Shown here in pieces: positions 36,165-48,770 of a stretch of 64,000 nucleotides of DNA; the stretch's first letter is position 1, and each line of letters opens with the position of its first letter. The position numbers and the translations under genes were made by a program. Source of the stretch: Squalus acanthias (taxonomy: Eukaryota). The stretch spans positions 71,364,001 to 71,428,000 of the forward strand of contig CM059432.1 of assembly GCA_030390025.1 (NCBI GenBank), written 5' to 3'. The notes beneath the pieces were generated by a model. The model was given only the letters and a program-made list of their open reading frames with translations. It searched no databases and was not told the DNA's origin.

Positions 36165-37034
36165 AGTCTCTTTGCAAGCAAAGTAATGAAGGACAGCAAC
36201 CAAAGTACTAGCGAAGTTAGGATCAGTAGGCAAAACTACCTCACAAAGCGTTGAGTCAATGCAGAAGTCTCTCTTTCTCTCTCTCCGAATCTCTCTCTCT
36301 CTCTCAGAACGAGTGGTGCATAAATGTCAACCACAGAAAAAGACAGGAAGAGGCCCCCTTTAAATAGCGCCCCCCCCAGCCCCACAGCGATTGATAGCGT
36401 TCCAGTCTTCCGGTCGTTGGATGCGCCAGGCGGTAAGGCAGGGGGCGCCACTCAATTTCCGCTCCGGGGTGCCACAAGGGCGTTGCACCATGGAATGACG
36501 TCACAATCTGCGCGCGCAGGTGGTCGCAGCGGTAAAGTTTAGCGCCGCCACACAATGTCTAGTTAAGTTCCCGAGCGGCGCAAACATCGCTGCGCCCGGG
36601 CGTTAGCGGCTTTGCGCCCCATTAGCGCCCTCTTAAGGCGCTAACGGGAGGCGCAACCAACTGAATTTTTACCCCTTAAACTTTTGAGATTTTTTTTCTT
36701 ATTTTCGGCTGCCACTGCTGGCAACGTTATGTTGTGACAAGGTGCCACAGCAGTTTCCCTCCATCCACCTTAGGTGGGCTACCAGTGGTGCCATAAATGG
36801 CTCCAGCACTCACCCAAATTATTTTAATGACTCTGATCTTGCAAAATGGGTCAGGAGCAGTAGCACAGGCAAGGAGCGTTTGGAAATCTCAGCCAATTGA
36901 AGAGCTGCTGCCATTGCGACTGAAGAGGGATATCTGCCCCTATGCCTGCATATTATTTTGAATTGGACTTGTATATAAAGTACTTTTTGACTACTAAAAA
37001 GCTCCAATGTTAGCTGAAGGCTGCATAAGACATT

Positions 37035-37240
37035 TGGGCTGATTCCAATTGGGCATTCCCATCCAGGAATGGTGCTTGCAGGGACCACTGATCGAGAATT
37101 TGTAGACCCGCAGCTCTGATTTTCTGTCAATTTAAGTTAATGGATGGGAAAATGAGAGGCTGCAGACCCACGATTTCCTGATCAGCGCACCCTCTGCGCA
37201 CTGCTCCTTGCTAGCAGCAGATGATTAGGGAATCAGCTCC
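37035..37240. mobile_element. Old ~205-bp palindromic MITE
   Basis: Termini GGGCTGATTCC and GGAATCAGCTCC; inner arms CTGATC..GCAGCTCT and AGAGGCTGC..GATCAG. Confidence 0.55.
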
Positions 37241-37274
37241 ACTGAATGTTTTCAAAGAAAAGAAAACAAGAAGC

Positions 37275-37530
37275 TACAGTTAGATAGCGCCTTTCACAAT
37301 CTCAAGATGTCCCAAAGTGCTACGCAACCAATGAAGTACTTTTAAAGTGTAACCAACTGTTGTAATGTAGGGAAACATGGCAGCCAATTTGCACAAAGCA
37401 AGATCCCACAAACAGCAATGTGATAATGACTAGTTAATCTGTTTTCGTGATTTTTTTTGAGGGATAAATGTTGGTCAGGACACCAGGGAGAACTCCTCTG
37501 CTCTTCTTCGAATAGCGCCATGGGATCTAT
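37275..37530 (-). mobile_element. Deu-domain-type SINE (SacSINE1-like), 3' part
   Basis: Reverse complement reads AGATCCCATGGCGCTATTCGAAGAAGAGCAG...GTGAAAGGCGCTAT; homologous to 49756-49977; family name from recall. Confidence 0.75.
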
Positions 37531-37936
37531 TTCTGTCCCTTAATGACAGTGATCCAATTTCTGCACTCCACTGAGGCCTCCCCATCAAAGGTCCACTAAT
37601 TCTCCACTAAATGAGAACTGATGGCATTGGCGCGCTGAAAACCCAGACGTTATGTTTGAGATACAACAAGGGAGACTTAGAATATCTTAAGTGAGACGTA
37701 TCTGTTGCCGAGACTGGCAGAAATGATTTACTTTGAAGACTTAAGACTGAAGAAACTATAAGCACTGATTAGTGGAGCAAAAAAAGAGTATTTTACAGCA
37801 TTCTTTTATCCTTCAACCCGGATAGACTCGTTTCTGACAGCCTGAGGCCTGGGGCATTTTCGCCCCTACCCACAATGAGAGGTTTTGAGTACCAGGTATA
37901 AGATTCCCAATAGGCATTCCTCTGTTTGCAATTATA

Positions 37937-38413
37937 ATGGAGGAGCAGGAGCAGTACAGGATGGAGGAAAGGAGAGGGAGGCAGCATCTGAGGAAGATGC
38001 ACATGACAAGATATTACCCCCCCCCCATTCAAAGAATTTACAGGTCATACAGATCATATGGCGATCTCAGTGAGGAGCTCTCCATGAGAAGAATAGGCTT
38101 TCCTGAAAGAGGCAACAGGAGAGCTGTGCCAGCAACTGTATGAAGATCTGTGGCCAAGATCGTCTGCCTGGAAACTCTGTCTGTGGCTGTGAAAGTGACG
38201 ACTTCATTCAATTTTATGAGACTGGCTCATTTCAAGCAGCCACATGGGACTTGTGTAATATCACTCAGGGTGCTGTCCAGACCATCAGGTCACCAACACG
38301 CTACTCAGGAGAGTTGGGAATTAATTCAGTTTGGCATCACAGCAAGGTAGTGTGTGATAGGGCCATACAGTTTTATTATGTTACCCTATTCCCAGGGGAG
38401 ATGGCAACACATA
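37937..38413 (+). pseudogene. Old HARBI1-like transposase remnant, interrupted by a MITE
   Basis: YPP..RIYRSYRSYGDLSEEL, LSVAVKVT, FYETGSFQAATWDLCNITQ. Confidence 0.8.
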
Positions 38414-39067
38414 GGGCTGGATTTTGATACTGGGGCAGGTTGGGGTCGTGTTATCCACTTTTCGTGTTATCCACCCGACTGCAATTGGATGTGGGAGATT
38501 GATGCGATTTTCACCTAACTGGGCAATTGAGTTCCAGCATGTGGGAACCCATGACCCAATTAGTGTTCTCAGTCTGAAAGTCGCCTCTGATGATGTCATC
38601 ATTGCTGCTGCATTGAAGGTCTGCAAAGACTGCCTGGCCTTCGCTGTGAGAGGACCTGGATGCAAAATGAGCAGCAGCAGCCCTAAGTCTGCTCCCAGAT
38701 ATTTTTGCACCACCACTCCCAGATATGTCTCCCATTCACCACCACTCCCAGATCAGCCAGCCAGCCAGCCAGCCAAATGTGCTCCCGTCAGGTTTCAATT
38801 TCGTGGTTCAGAACAGGCGTGCTTCACGTAGAAAAAGGGTTAAAATCACAAAGGCCTTTCAAAATGGCATTATAGAGGCAATTTAGTGCTTGTTAAGGGC
38901 CTTAACAGCCTATCCCGCCTCTTGGAGGCGGGACGGAGTCTGGACCAGCAGACACGATTTAATGAAAATTGCGTGGAGGCGGGCTTGTGCCCGCCCGCCA
39001 GTTTTCACAACTTTAACCCCCCACACGCCTCCAAACCAACCTCCACGGGTCAATGAAAATCCAGCCC
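38414..39067. mobile_element. Harbinger MITE, family 2
   Basis: TIR GGGCTGGATTTT...AAAATCCAGCCC; flanks ATA/ACA; retains MSSSSPKSAPR, the start of the Myb gene. Confidence 0.92.
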
Positions 39068-39182
39068 ACACTGTCCGTGAAGCCCTTAACCATAGTGCTG
39101 TGTAAAGGGTTACTTGTGCTTCTATTAATTTTAGAGGGTGAACCATGGTGCCCAAGGAAGATAAAGGACAACAGTTGGTGCG

Positions 39183-39443
39183 TTAGTTTCCTTGAATGTT
39201 CATCAGATCATTGACATTTTTCAGGCACTGGTTTGCAGTCCTGGAGGTGAGCAAGGTGGTAGTCAGTGCCATTGCCACCTCCCTCAATGTGGCAGGTGAA
39301 CATTTTTTGAGGTTTCCTCCCATGAGCACACAATAGGCCTTCCTTTGCTGCATTTCATCCAGGACTGTCTGAAGACTGGTTTCATTTGTGCTCTTCTTTC
39401 TGCCTTCTTCCAATGCTTTGCTCCCTTTTGGTTTCTCTGTCAT
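39183..39443 (-). pseudogene. Decayed Myb/SANT exon 1, convergent with the 37937 transposase remnant
   Basis: SLQTVLDEM...REVA...RTANQCLKNVNDL resembles RT..QCRKKFNDL. Confidence 0.6.
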
Positions 39444-41015
39444 GCCACGTGCTCTCTATGACATGTGTACTTGACAATTACCTCCATCTTGCAATATGTT
39501 CGGTACTAATTTGCTGCTAACCCAGACAGCTGCTGCAATCCTCAGCCTTTCCAGCCATTTAAATGCTTGCCATGGAAATTTACAATCCCCCACAGTGCAG
39601 TACTCCCACATTATATGGAGTTGTTTTATTGAAATGCCAGTGGGTACTTCAATTAACTGACACCCACCTTCTTTGGCGGGGACAGTACTGCAGCTGATCA
39701 GCAGAATGTAACATTGGCATAAATGGTCCTATGGATTTTTCGGGCCCCAGCATCCTCACTCTAAATGAACAGCGCACAAAATTCAAGCAAAGTTTCATAT
39801 TATTTCTGACTCATAATTTTCACCAACTGTCTTTGCTTTTAAAACTTACTCTGTTAGCTGAGTGACAGATTTCATGCTGAGTCTCTCAAAGTGCCTCGAA
39901 CATAGAATTGCGTTCCTGACCTGCATGTTAATCGACAATTTTGCGGCTATAATCATGAAATAATATTATCATCTGCATGGGAAATACTGTGCAATGTGCA
40001 CAGGCCAAGAAGCTTTTACTGGGTTAATCCATGATGGAAGTCTAATTCCAGTTTTCTTTGAAAAATAAAAAAGGTTCAAGCATGACAGCCATTACAAAGA
40101 GCAGTGTTGACAGCAAGATCCCATGCCCGATCCTTACATGGCGAAATGATCACACAAAGCCTCAAACCAAGGCTAATATATCCTGGATTTTGTGCTCAGT
40201 CCAAGACATTGGTCAACTTTCAGGATAAATTAGCCTTATATTTAATGTTGTTACAGTTTCATTAAAAATTTAGTTTCATTTCATTTTCTGCACATTGCCT
40301 TCTACTGCATTCAGTTTTAATCTGCATCTTTTTTATTTTTCCAGTCATATCTGTTTGGGAGCTCTATTAATATATTCATATTAGTTATGTTTTAATTTTA
40401 TTATTTATATAATATTTTAAAGAAATGTTCCAAAAATACTTTAATCACTGTGCCAATTATATCTGCCCAATCTCTTTGCCACAATAATGAGCACTATTCA
40501 TTAATGTGCTTTACTTTCACATTTCAATTTCCATACTATCTTAAAATTAAATGTTATGGTATAGGGGCATAAAATGATTGAAGATTAATGTATCAGAGCT
40601 CGTTACCACAAGGAAGGATATATGCTCAATCTTACATCAGATTTATTTATTCATATACATGATAAATCATGTGAGGTACAAAATAGACCTATGGGCCTAG
40701 AAATTGGATATGGCCACAAAACGAGCAGTGTTAAGGCCCAATGATGTTAATCTGCGCCAGGTCAAAATGTTCTCGGTCGCATGCAAAATTCATGCTCAGT
40801 CCTCATTAACACAATTGTAATCTTGATCTCAGCACTAAAACCACTGCTTATTGGCTTACGGCTCTACAGGTGGGCTACTATCGGGTACAGTCTAATTCCT
40901 AGTCATGTTTGGCACTGGCTTTATTCAGTACTTAAAGGGGAGGTGCATTGATGCTACAGCACCTCATTGTCAAACCACTTGCAAGTTCACCTGGAAGAAC
41001 ACGGCAGTGGAGCAC

Positions 41016-42166
41016 ATGGCTGAGCCTCAGCACAGGGAGAGAGCCGCAGATTCTCAGACACAGCACTTGAGGCACTGGTCATGGCCGTGGAGAGGAAGCG
41101 GGCTGCCCTCTTCCCACAGACTGGCAGGAAGCCCTTGCCACACGCATCTCGAAGGCTCTGGCAGGAGATAGCCGCCCATGTCACGGCCAGCACTGTGCTT
41201 CACAGGTCGGCCATCCAGTGCTGAAAGAAGTTTAATGATCACATGGTAGGCCGAGGTGAGTGAAGGCTTCAGCAAATGCCATATCCCACCATCTGCACCA
41301 CAAGCCTCACACACTGCTCAATGCACCACACCCCCATCACTCACCTACCAACAATCTCTACCTATCACTACTCAGACCTCACAATCATAGCTTCACTTCA
41401 CCCTCGCAACATTACCACTGCTGCAACCTTCACACCCACATCTCACACCTTGCACACACTGACAGCTATTCAACTATGGCAGGCACATCACCCAAACACA
41501 TTGCACCGCACTCACTCACACATTTCCCTTTCTCTTGCAGGCTTAGGTCGCGCATAACAGGAGGGAGCAGTGGCAGACAGGCAGGGGGCAGGCTGCCAGC
41601 CAGGACCTCAGCCAACTGGAGGAGTGAGTGCTGGAGATCATTGGGCAGCAGATCATGTAGGCCGTGGCAACCAGCGAAGTTGAAGCCCATGGGGACAACA
41701 ACGGTATGCTCATCCCTAATCCTTCTTCTCACATCCCACTACCCCCTCATCCCACAGTCTCATCTCAATGTCAAGCTGCTGATGCTGTATGCATGCATAT
41801 CTTGCTTCCCCCCACCCCTCACCATAACCTGACTCTTGTGCTTTCAGATAATTAATAACAATCACATGAGCAGCCTGACCCCGAGGCGATGCAGGAGAGC
41901 GAAGAGGGAGAAGAAGACGCAGCATCCCTGCTTCTCTCACTCACAGACACCAGCGCAGAATCTGGCACTGCATGTACTTTAGAGGCTAGTGTAGAAGCAG
42001 GATCTGCACAGGGTGAGGCACTGGGCACGAGTGGGCTGCAGCATGGCGAGGGGAAAGGGTAGCTCGGGGCCAGCTCCCCGGAGGGTGAGTTCGCGCGCGG
42101 GTTCTGCTGCACAGGACTCAGATGAAGACCTCGGTGGGGCAGGCTTCAGATGAGGAGTGCTGGGCA
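41016..42166 (+). pseudogene. Myb/SANT gene copy A (exons 1 and 2, start of exon 3), disrupted
   Basis: MAEPQHRERA..., QC*KKFND then GTGAGT; exon 2 after TTGCAG near 41541; stops and frameshifts. Confidence 0.82.
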
Positions 42167-43008
42167 TTTTTTTCTTTTATTCGTTCATGGGATGTGGGCG
42201 TCGCTGGCAAGGCCAGCATTTATTGCCCATCCCTAGTTGCCCTTGAGAAGGTGGTGGTGAGCCGCCTTCTTGAACCGCTGCAGTCCGTGTGGTGAAGGTA
42301 CTCCCACAGTGCTGTTAGGGAGGGAGTTCCAGGATTTTGACCCAGCGACGATGAAGGATCGGCAATATACTTCCAGGTTAGGATGGTGTGTGTCTTGGAG
42401 GGGAACTTGTAGGTGGTGGTGTTCCCATGTGCCTGCTGCCCTTGTCCTTCTAGGTGGTAGAGGTTGCGGGTTTGGGAGGTGCTGCCGAAGGAGCCTTGGT
42501 GAGTTGCTGCAGTGCATCTTGTAGATGGTACACACTGCAGCCACGGTACGCCGGTGGTGGAGGGAGTGAATGTTTAAGGGGTGGATGGGGCGCCAATCGA
42601 GTGGGCTGCTTTGTCTTGGATGGTGTCGAGCTTCTTGAGTGATGTTGGAGCTGCACTCATCCAAGCAAGTGGAGAGTATTCCATCACGCTCCTTACTTGT
42701 GCCTTGTAGATGGTGGAAAGGCTTTGGGGAGTCAGGAGGTGAGACACTCGCCGCAGAATACCTAGCCTCTGACCTGCACTTGTTGCCACAGTATTTATGT
42801 GGCTGGTCCAGTTAAGTTTCTGGTCAATGGTGACCCGCCCAGGATGTTGATGGTGGGGTATTCGGCGATGGTAATGCCATTGAATGTCAAGGGGAGGTGG
42901 TTAGACTCTCGCTTGTTGGAGATAGACATTGCCTGGAACTTCTGTGGTGCGAATGTTACCTGCCACTTATCAGCCCAAGCCTGAACATCATCCAGGTCTT
43001 GTTGCATG
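42167..43008 (-). mobile_element. LINE type B 3' portion
   Basis: MQQDLDDVQAWADKWQ, YKAQVRSVMEY; T-rich tail at 42167. Confidence 0.93.
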
Positions 43009-43089
43009 CCTTCTCAAGGGCAATTAGGGATGGCAATAAGTGCTGGCCTTGCCAGCGACGCCCACATCCCATAAACGAATAAAAAAAAA
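43009..43089 (+). mobile_element. Isolated LINE type B (or partner SINE) 3' tail with poly(A)
   Basis: Near reverse complement of 42168-42251. Confidence 0.88.
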
Positions 43090-44400
43090 CACTGGCCAAA
43101 GCACCACACCCCCAGTGCACACTGACTAACAATCTCTACCTACCAACATTCACACCCACATCTCACACCTTGCAGACAATGACAGCTATTCAACTATGGC
43201 AGGCACATCACCCAAACGCATTGTGCCACACTCACTCACACACTTTCCTTTCTCTTGGAGGCCAAGGTGGCTCACAACAGGAGGGAGCAGGAGCGCACAG
43301 GTGGGGGACAAGCCGACACCCAACCACTGTCTGCGCTGGAAAATAGAGTGCTGCAGATTATTGGGCACCAGGTGGTGGGCACCCTGGCCATCGGTGACGT
43401 TGACCCCCTTGGGGACAACAATGGTATGTTTATCCCGACTCCTTCTTCTCACATCCCACTACCCCCTCACCCCACAAGACTTTCGCACTTTCCAGCTAAT
43501 CATGCTGTATGCATGCACTTCTCCCTTCCTGCCCCCCTCCCCTCACCTTAACCTGACTCTTGTGCCTTTATGCTTTCAGATAATCAGCAAGCAGCTGAGC
43601 AGTCTGTCCCTGAGGGCACCGCAGAGAGTGAGGCGGGAGAAGAGGAGGAAGAAGAACACGCCGCATCACTACATGTCTCACCCGCAGGCACCAGCTCAGA
43701 TACTGGCACTATGCATTCTTTAGAGGCTAGTCTAGTAGCAGGATCTGCACAGGGTGAGGCACTGGGGATGAGTGGGCTGCAGCAAGGCCAGAGGGAAAGG
43801 GTAGCTCGGGGGCCAGCTCCCCGGGGTGGGGGGGGGAGTTCACGCGCGAGTTCTGCTGCACAGGACTCAGATGAGGACCTTGATGGGGAGGCGTTTAGAA
43901 AAAGGGTGATGGGCATGCACACAGAGATGATAGGTTCAATGGCAAGGGTGCCCGAGAGTCTGTCGGTAATGGTAAGGAGCGTGGAGGAGTCCACCTCCAA
44001 CATTGCACAAGGCTCTGCGCATACCATGGAGCCCATCATTTCCAGTCTGCAAAGGATGGTAGACTCCCAGAGCGACCGTGGCGACCCAGACCTAATGCTG
44101 CGTGTGATGGGCGAGCTGGCAGCTTCCATTGCAGCACAGGTGGAAGCGATGCAACGTCATAGTGCTGTAATGCAGTCTATGCTTGGTGCCATTCAATCTC
44201 AGACTGCTCTCATGTAGTCTCAGCTTGATGCCATGCAAGCTCTGACTGCTGCCATCGTGGCTGGGTCTACCACCATCGACCGGGGCTTTCACGGTGTCAC
44301 AGCAGGCCAGCAATCTGTGCTGCAACAGATTGCTAGGGATGCTGAGGTGCTGCCCTGGGAGAGAGGCAGTGGGTCAGTGGAGCAGGAACCTGCTGTCCTC
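43090..44400 (+). pseudogene. Myb/SANT gene copy B (part of intron 1, exons 2 and 3)
   Basis: AKVAHNRREQERTGGG; acidic exon 3 homologous to 33715-34400; stop at 44215-44217. Confidence 0.85.
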
Positions 44401-45259
44401 TGTGACCTCCCGGATGCAGTGATGGACAGCGAACTGCGAGATGTTAGCTATGTCTCCTGTTGCAGACTGGAAGAATCCGCTGGTGAAGAAATTGAGGGCG
44501 ACGGTGCCCTTGAAAGAGACGTGGTCATCCTGATCTGAGGCTGGAGGTCTGGTTGCAGGATGTGGCAGAGTTCTGTGACCACCCCCTTGGTGAAGCGGAG
44601 CCTTCTAATGCACTGCTCCTCGCTTAATTGGAGGTAGGAGAAGTGCTCTCGGAATACCCTCAGAGGGTAAGGCCTCCTGTTGAGAGCCTCGATGGCTCTC
44701 CTCCTCCTTCTGGCCACATGTTCCAGTCTATCTCGCTGCCTGCGCTCCCTCCGCAGTAGATCCTGGAGGGCGAGGTCGACTGCCAGTACAGCCCCCATTA
44801 ATGTAAGGAAGTGTAACACTTTGATATGTTGTGAGAATAAATGTAACTAATTTTTAGTAGCCACAACACTCCGGAGACTAAACAACCTTTAAATGACTGA
44901 ATTAAACTGTTGCACAATGTCAAACTAACAAGGAAGCAGTGAACCAGCACTAACCTGAGAGCTGCGACTCATTACTCATGATCCCTTTAAGTAGCGCCCC
45001 TGTAGCCGGCTACTGACTGCTTCACGCCTCCTCACCCTGTCGTTGTCGGGGCGAGGCGAGGCGCTAAGGCAGGGGGTGATAATCAATTTCGCAGATCAGG
45101 TGCCTGGTGCTGAAGTTCCCAGCACTAACTCGTATCGGCGGCTGCCGGATTTGGCGTGTGTCGCTGGATTCACCTCGCCGCGGCGCTATTGCCTCAGCGC
45201 CCCGTTAGCGCCCCCGCCAGGTGCTAACTGGAGGCGCTAAGGTACCGAATTTCTCCCCC
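44401..45259 (-). mobile_element. Transposase 5' fragment and terminus of nested Harbinger B
   Basis: RRPYPLRVFREHFSYLQLSEEQCIRRLRF; ends ...CGAATTTCTCCCCC at 45259. Confidence 0.85.
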
Positions 45260-45391
45260 ATAATTTTGTTTGGAATCTTTTGTGGTGGCTCTCATTTCAG
45301 CTTTGTGCCCAGGAGGACACTGTGATATTCCGTGACAGAGGGCTGGTATGATGGGGATGTGGTGAGCAACGGGGATCTGGGGTTTCATTTA

Positions 45392-46535
45392 TTAGAATCG
45401 GAGTCTGATGAGGCGTTCACAGATAGCCCATCTGGACAGGGGTTTTGCTGCCTGCCTCCTCCCTTCCTCCTCATCCTCTTCCTCTTCCTCTACCTCTTGC
45501 TCATCCTTCTTTTCCTCCTCCTTCTCCTCCTCTCCCTCGTCCTCCTCCTGAGGTGGTCCCGCAATCCCTGGTGGCAAGGGCTTCACCTTCATGATGGCCA
45601 AGTTGTGAAGCATGCAGCAGATCACAACAAAATAGGACACCCACTCCGCTGAGTACTGGAGGGCTCCTCCCGAGCAGTCAAGGCAGCGGAACTGTTGCTT
45701 CAGTAGCCCGATGGTCTGCTTGATGAGGTTCCTTGTGGCAGCATGGCTCTCATTATATGAGTGCTGGGCACGAGTGGTGGGGTTGTGGAGGGGAGTCATC
45801 AACCAGGTGCAGAGCGGATAGCCCTTGTCTCCAAGCAGCCACCCTCGAGTTTCATGTGGTGGCTGGAAGATTGCTGGCATCATGGCTGCTGCCAGGATAG
45901 TGGGCATTGACCATCAGGAATCGCTGGGCATGGTCACACACCAACTGCACATTAAGTGAGTGGTATCCTTTGAGGTTACGGAAGATCTCAGGATTGTTAT
46001 GCAGCATCTGCAAAGCCATGTGGGTGCAGTCAATGGCGCCCTGCGCCATGGGGAATCCCGCTATCCTGGCAAAGCCACATGCGCGCTTGTCCTGCTTCTC
46101 TCTGCTAAAAGAGAGGAAAAATTGTCCCTTCTGCTGGTGCAGAGTGTCTCAGTGACCTCTCGGATGCAGCGCTGGATGACGAATTGTGAGATTTTGCCTA
46201 TGTTTCCTGCTGCAGACTGGAAGGATCCGCTAGTGAAGAAATTGAGGGCCACGGTGACCTTGACTGCTCTCAGGCTGCAGGTTTGGTTACAGTAGGTGGC
46301 AGAGTTCTGTGACCACCTCCTTGGTGAAGCGAAGCCTCCTAATACACTGCTCCTCGCTTAAGTGGATATAAGAGAAGTGCTTTCAGAAGACCCTAGGTTG
46401 GTAAACCTCCTGTTGAGAGCCCTCCTGGCCCTCCTCTTCCTCCCTCTGCGTGAATCTTCTTGTCTTCTTCACTGCCTCCACTCCCTCTCCCGAAGATACT
46501 TGAGCGCGAGAGGGACTGTCATTAGAGCCCCCGTG
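45392..46535 (-). pseudogene. HARBI1-like transposase of the outer element, frameshifted
   Basis: GSFQSAAG, GAIDCTH, HSLNVQLVCD, LLGDKGYPL, CCMLHN over several frames; catalytic E position reads K (LIKQTIG). Confidence 0.92.
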
Positions 46536-47466
46536 ACTGTGAGAAAGTGTTGTGAGCAGAAGCCTTTAAATAAGAATGAAGGCATTCTCCACTTGCACCA
46601 ACATACCCTGTAACTTTAGAACCTTGAATAAAGTTTATAAAGCTGCTGGAGTTGCATAAAGTTGCACAGAGCCAATCAAAATGAACAAATGTGTCAGCTG
46701 CAAGTTGTTGCTGATGATTCCTTTAAGAACCACTGCTGGAGCCTCCTTCCTGCTTGACAATGCTTTCTCAGCTCATCTCACTTAAGGCACGCCGGTAAGT
46801 GGAGTGGCAGAGTCGAAACTCGCAGATGGAGTATCAAGTGAGCGTTGCACACTCACTAACGTCACGATCTATATAATCTCCATAATTTTGGTGAGGGCCA
46901 ACATTGGCAGTGCTGCCGGCCATCCAAATATGGAGGCCCTCGCGGGACCCGCCGACAGCGGGTGGTAGAGCAGTGGCCACCATTTTTTCCACCGAATCTG
47001 GCGGTAACTGCTGGCGCTAAACCCCCAAATTTCTAGGCCATGATTTCATATTAAAATGTTACGCATTGAACTTTAAAATTGCCTGTTTGGCAGACAAGAT
47101 GCTGCAGAGATTTAGAATAATTCCTTTCACCCTGGGAATTGGGGTTGAACCAACAAACTGATGAAATGGAAGTGCCTTTTTCACAATTGATTCTAAAGGC
47201 CCTGCATTAAATGAGTTTGGTCTTCATCTTACTAGGCATAGGGAACTATAGCAGAAAATTGTACATTATTCAGTAATAGCTGGCAGGCTTTTTTAAAGGC
47301 ACCATTAGGAAAAATTAATGTGGGAAATGGAATGCCACAATGATGTACAAAGTGTGATTTTCTGCAATTAGGGTACAGTAACTTTGGGATTATTGTAAAA
47401 CGGTCAAATACTAAGCCATTTTAGACAGTTATGTGGAAGTGAGTACATACAGGAAGGTTGCATGCT

Positions 47467-47720
47467 CATAGTATCATAGAATAGTATCATAGAATCATAG
47501 AATCATAGAAATTTACAGCGCAGAAGGAGGCCATTCGGCCTGTTGTGACTGTGTTGGCTCTTTGAAAGAGCAGTTGTGGTTAGTCCCATATCCCCGCTTT
47601 TTGTCCATAATCTTGTAAATTCCTCATCCTCAAGTACCTGTCCAACTCCCTTTTAAAATTATTTATGGAATTATACCACCTTTTCAGGTACAGCATTCCA
47701 GATCCCGATAATCCTCTGAG
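47467..47720 (-). mobile_element. Short CR1 3' end
   Basis: (CATAGAAT)n tail; FKRELDRYL. Confidence 0.85.
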
Positions 47721-47727
47721 TGAGTTC

Positions 47728-48770
47728 CGGCAGGCTGTGACTAGTGGGGTACCGCAAGGATCGGTGCTTGGGCCCCAGCTATTCACAATCTATATCAATG
47801 ATTTGGATGAGGGGACTAAATGAAACATTTCCAAATTTGCTGATGATACAAAGCTAGGTGGCAGTGGCAGTTGTGAAGAGGATGTGAAGAGGCTTCAAGG
47901 GGATCTCGACAGGCTCAGCGAGTGGGCAAGAACATGGCAGATGGAATATAATGTGGATAAATGTGAAGCTATCCACTTTGGTAGAAAAAACAGAAAGGCA
48001 GAGTATTTCCTAAATGGTGAAAGATTGGGGAATGCAGATGCTCAAAGGGACCTGGGTGTCCTTGTACATGAGTCACTGAAAGTGAATCTGCAGGTGCAGC
48101 AAGCCATTAGGAAGGCAAATGGTATGCTGGCCTTCATTACAAGAGGATTTGAGTACAGGAGTAAAGAAGTCTTACTCCAATTATATAGGGCCTTGGTGAG
48201 ACCACACCTGGAGTACTGTGTACAATTTTAGTCTCCTTACCTAAGGAAGGATATACTTGCCATAGAGGGAGTGCAACGAAGGTTCACGAGATTGATTCCT
48301 GGGATGGCGGGACTGTCGTATGAGAAGAGATTGAGTAAACTAGGCCTGTATTCTCTTGAATTCAGAAGAATGAGAGGGGATCTCATCGAAGCATACAAAA
48401 TTATTACAGGGCTTGATAGGGTGGATGCTGGGAGAATGTTTCCCTTGGCTAGAGAGTCTAGAACCAGAGGCCACAGCCTCAGGATAAAGGGTAGGCTATT
48501 CAGGACTGAGATGAGAAGAAATTTCTTCACACAGAGGGTGGTGAATCTTTGGAATTCTCTACCCCAGAGGGCTGTGGAGGCTCAGTCATTGGGTATATTC
48601 AAAACAGAAGTCGGTAGATTTCTGACTAGTAAGGGCATCAAGGGATATAGCGATAGGGCCGGTGAATGGAGTTGAGGTAGAAGATCAGCCATGATCTCAT
48701 TGAATGGCGGAGCAGGCTCGAAGGGCCAAATGGCCTACTCCTGCTCCTATTTCTTATGTTCTTATGCTCT
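47728..48770 (+). mobile_element. 5'-truncated CR1 LINE
   Basis: VPQGSVLGP through RTRGH, with stops; TCTTATGT tail. Confidence 0.95.

Larger units (their letters stand above)
32507..36675. mobile_element. Full-length, apparently intact PIF/Harbinger transposon (4169 bp)
   Basis: TTA TSD at 32504-32506 and 36676-36678; TIR GGGG(G/T)AAAAATT; two convergent open genes. Confidence 0.97.
40694..47039. mobile_element. Composite Harbinger (family 3 ends) containing a LINE insertion and parts of a second Harbinger
   Basis: ATG TSD at 40691-40693 and 47040-47042; TIR GGCCTAGAAATT. Confidence 0.88.

Noticed and set aside
39850..39990. Minus-strand FP...IIAAK...NAILCSRHFE, resembling a THAP domain, before a GTAAGT
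   Set aside because: Two in-frame stops, no upstream CxxC, no invariant W and no AVPT box; too weak to call
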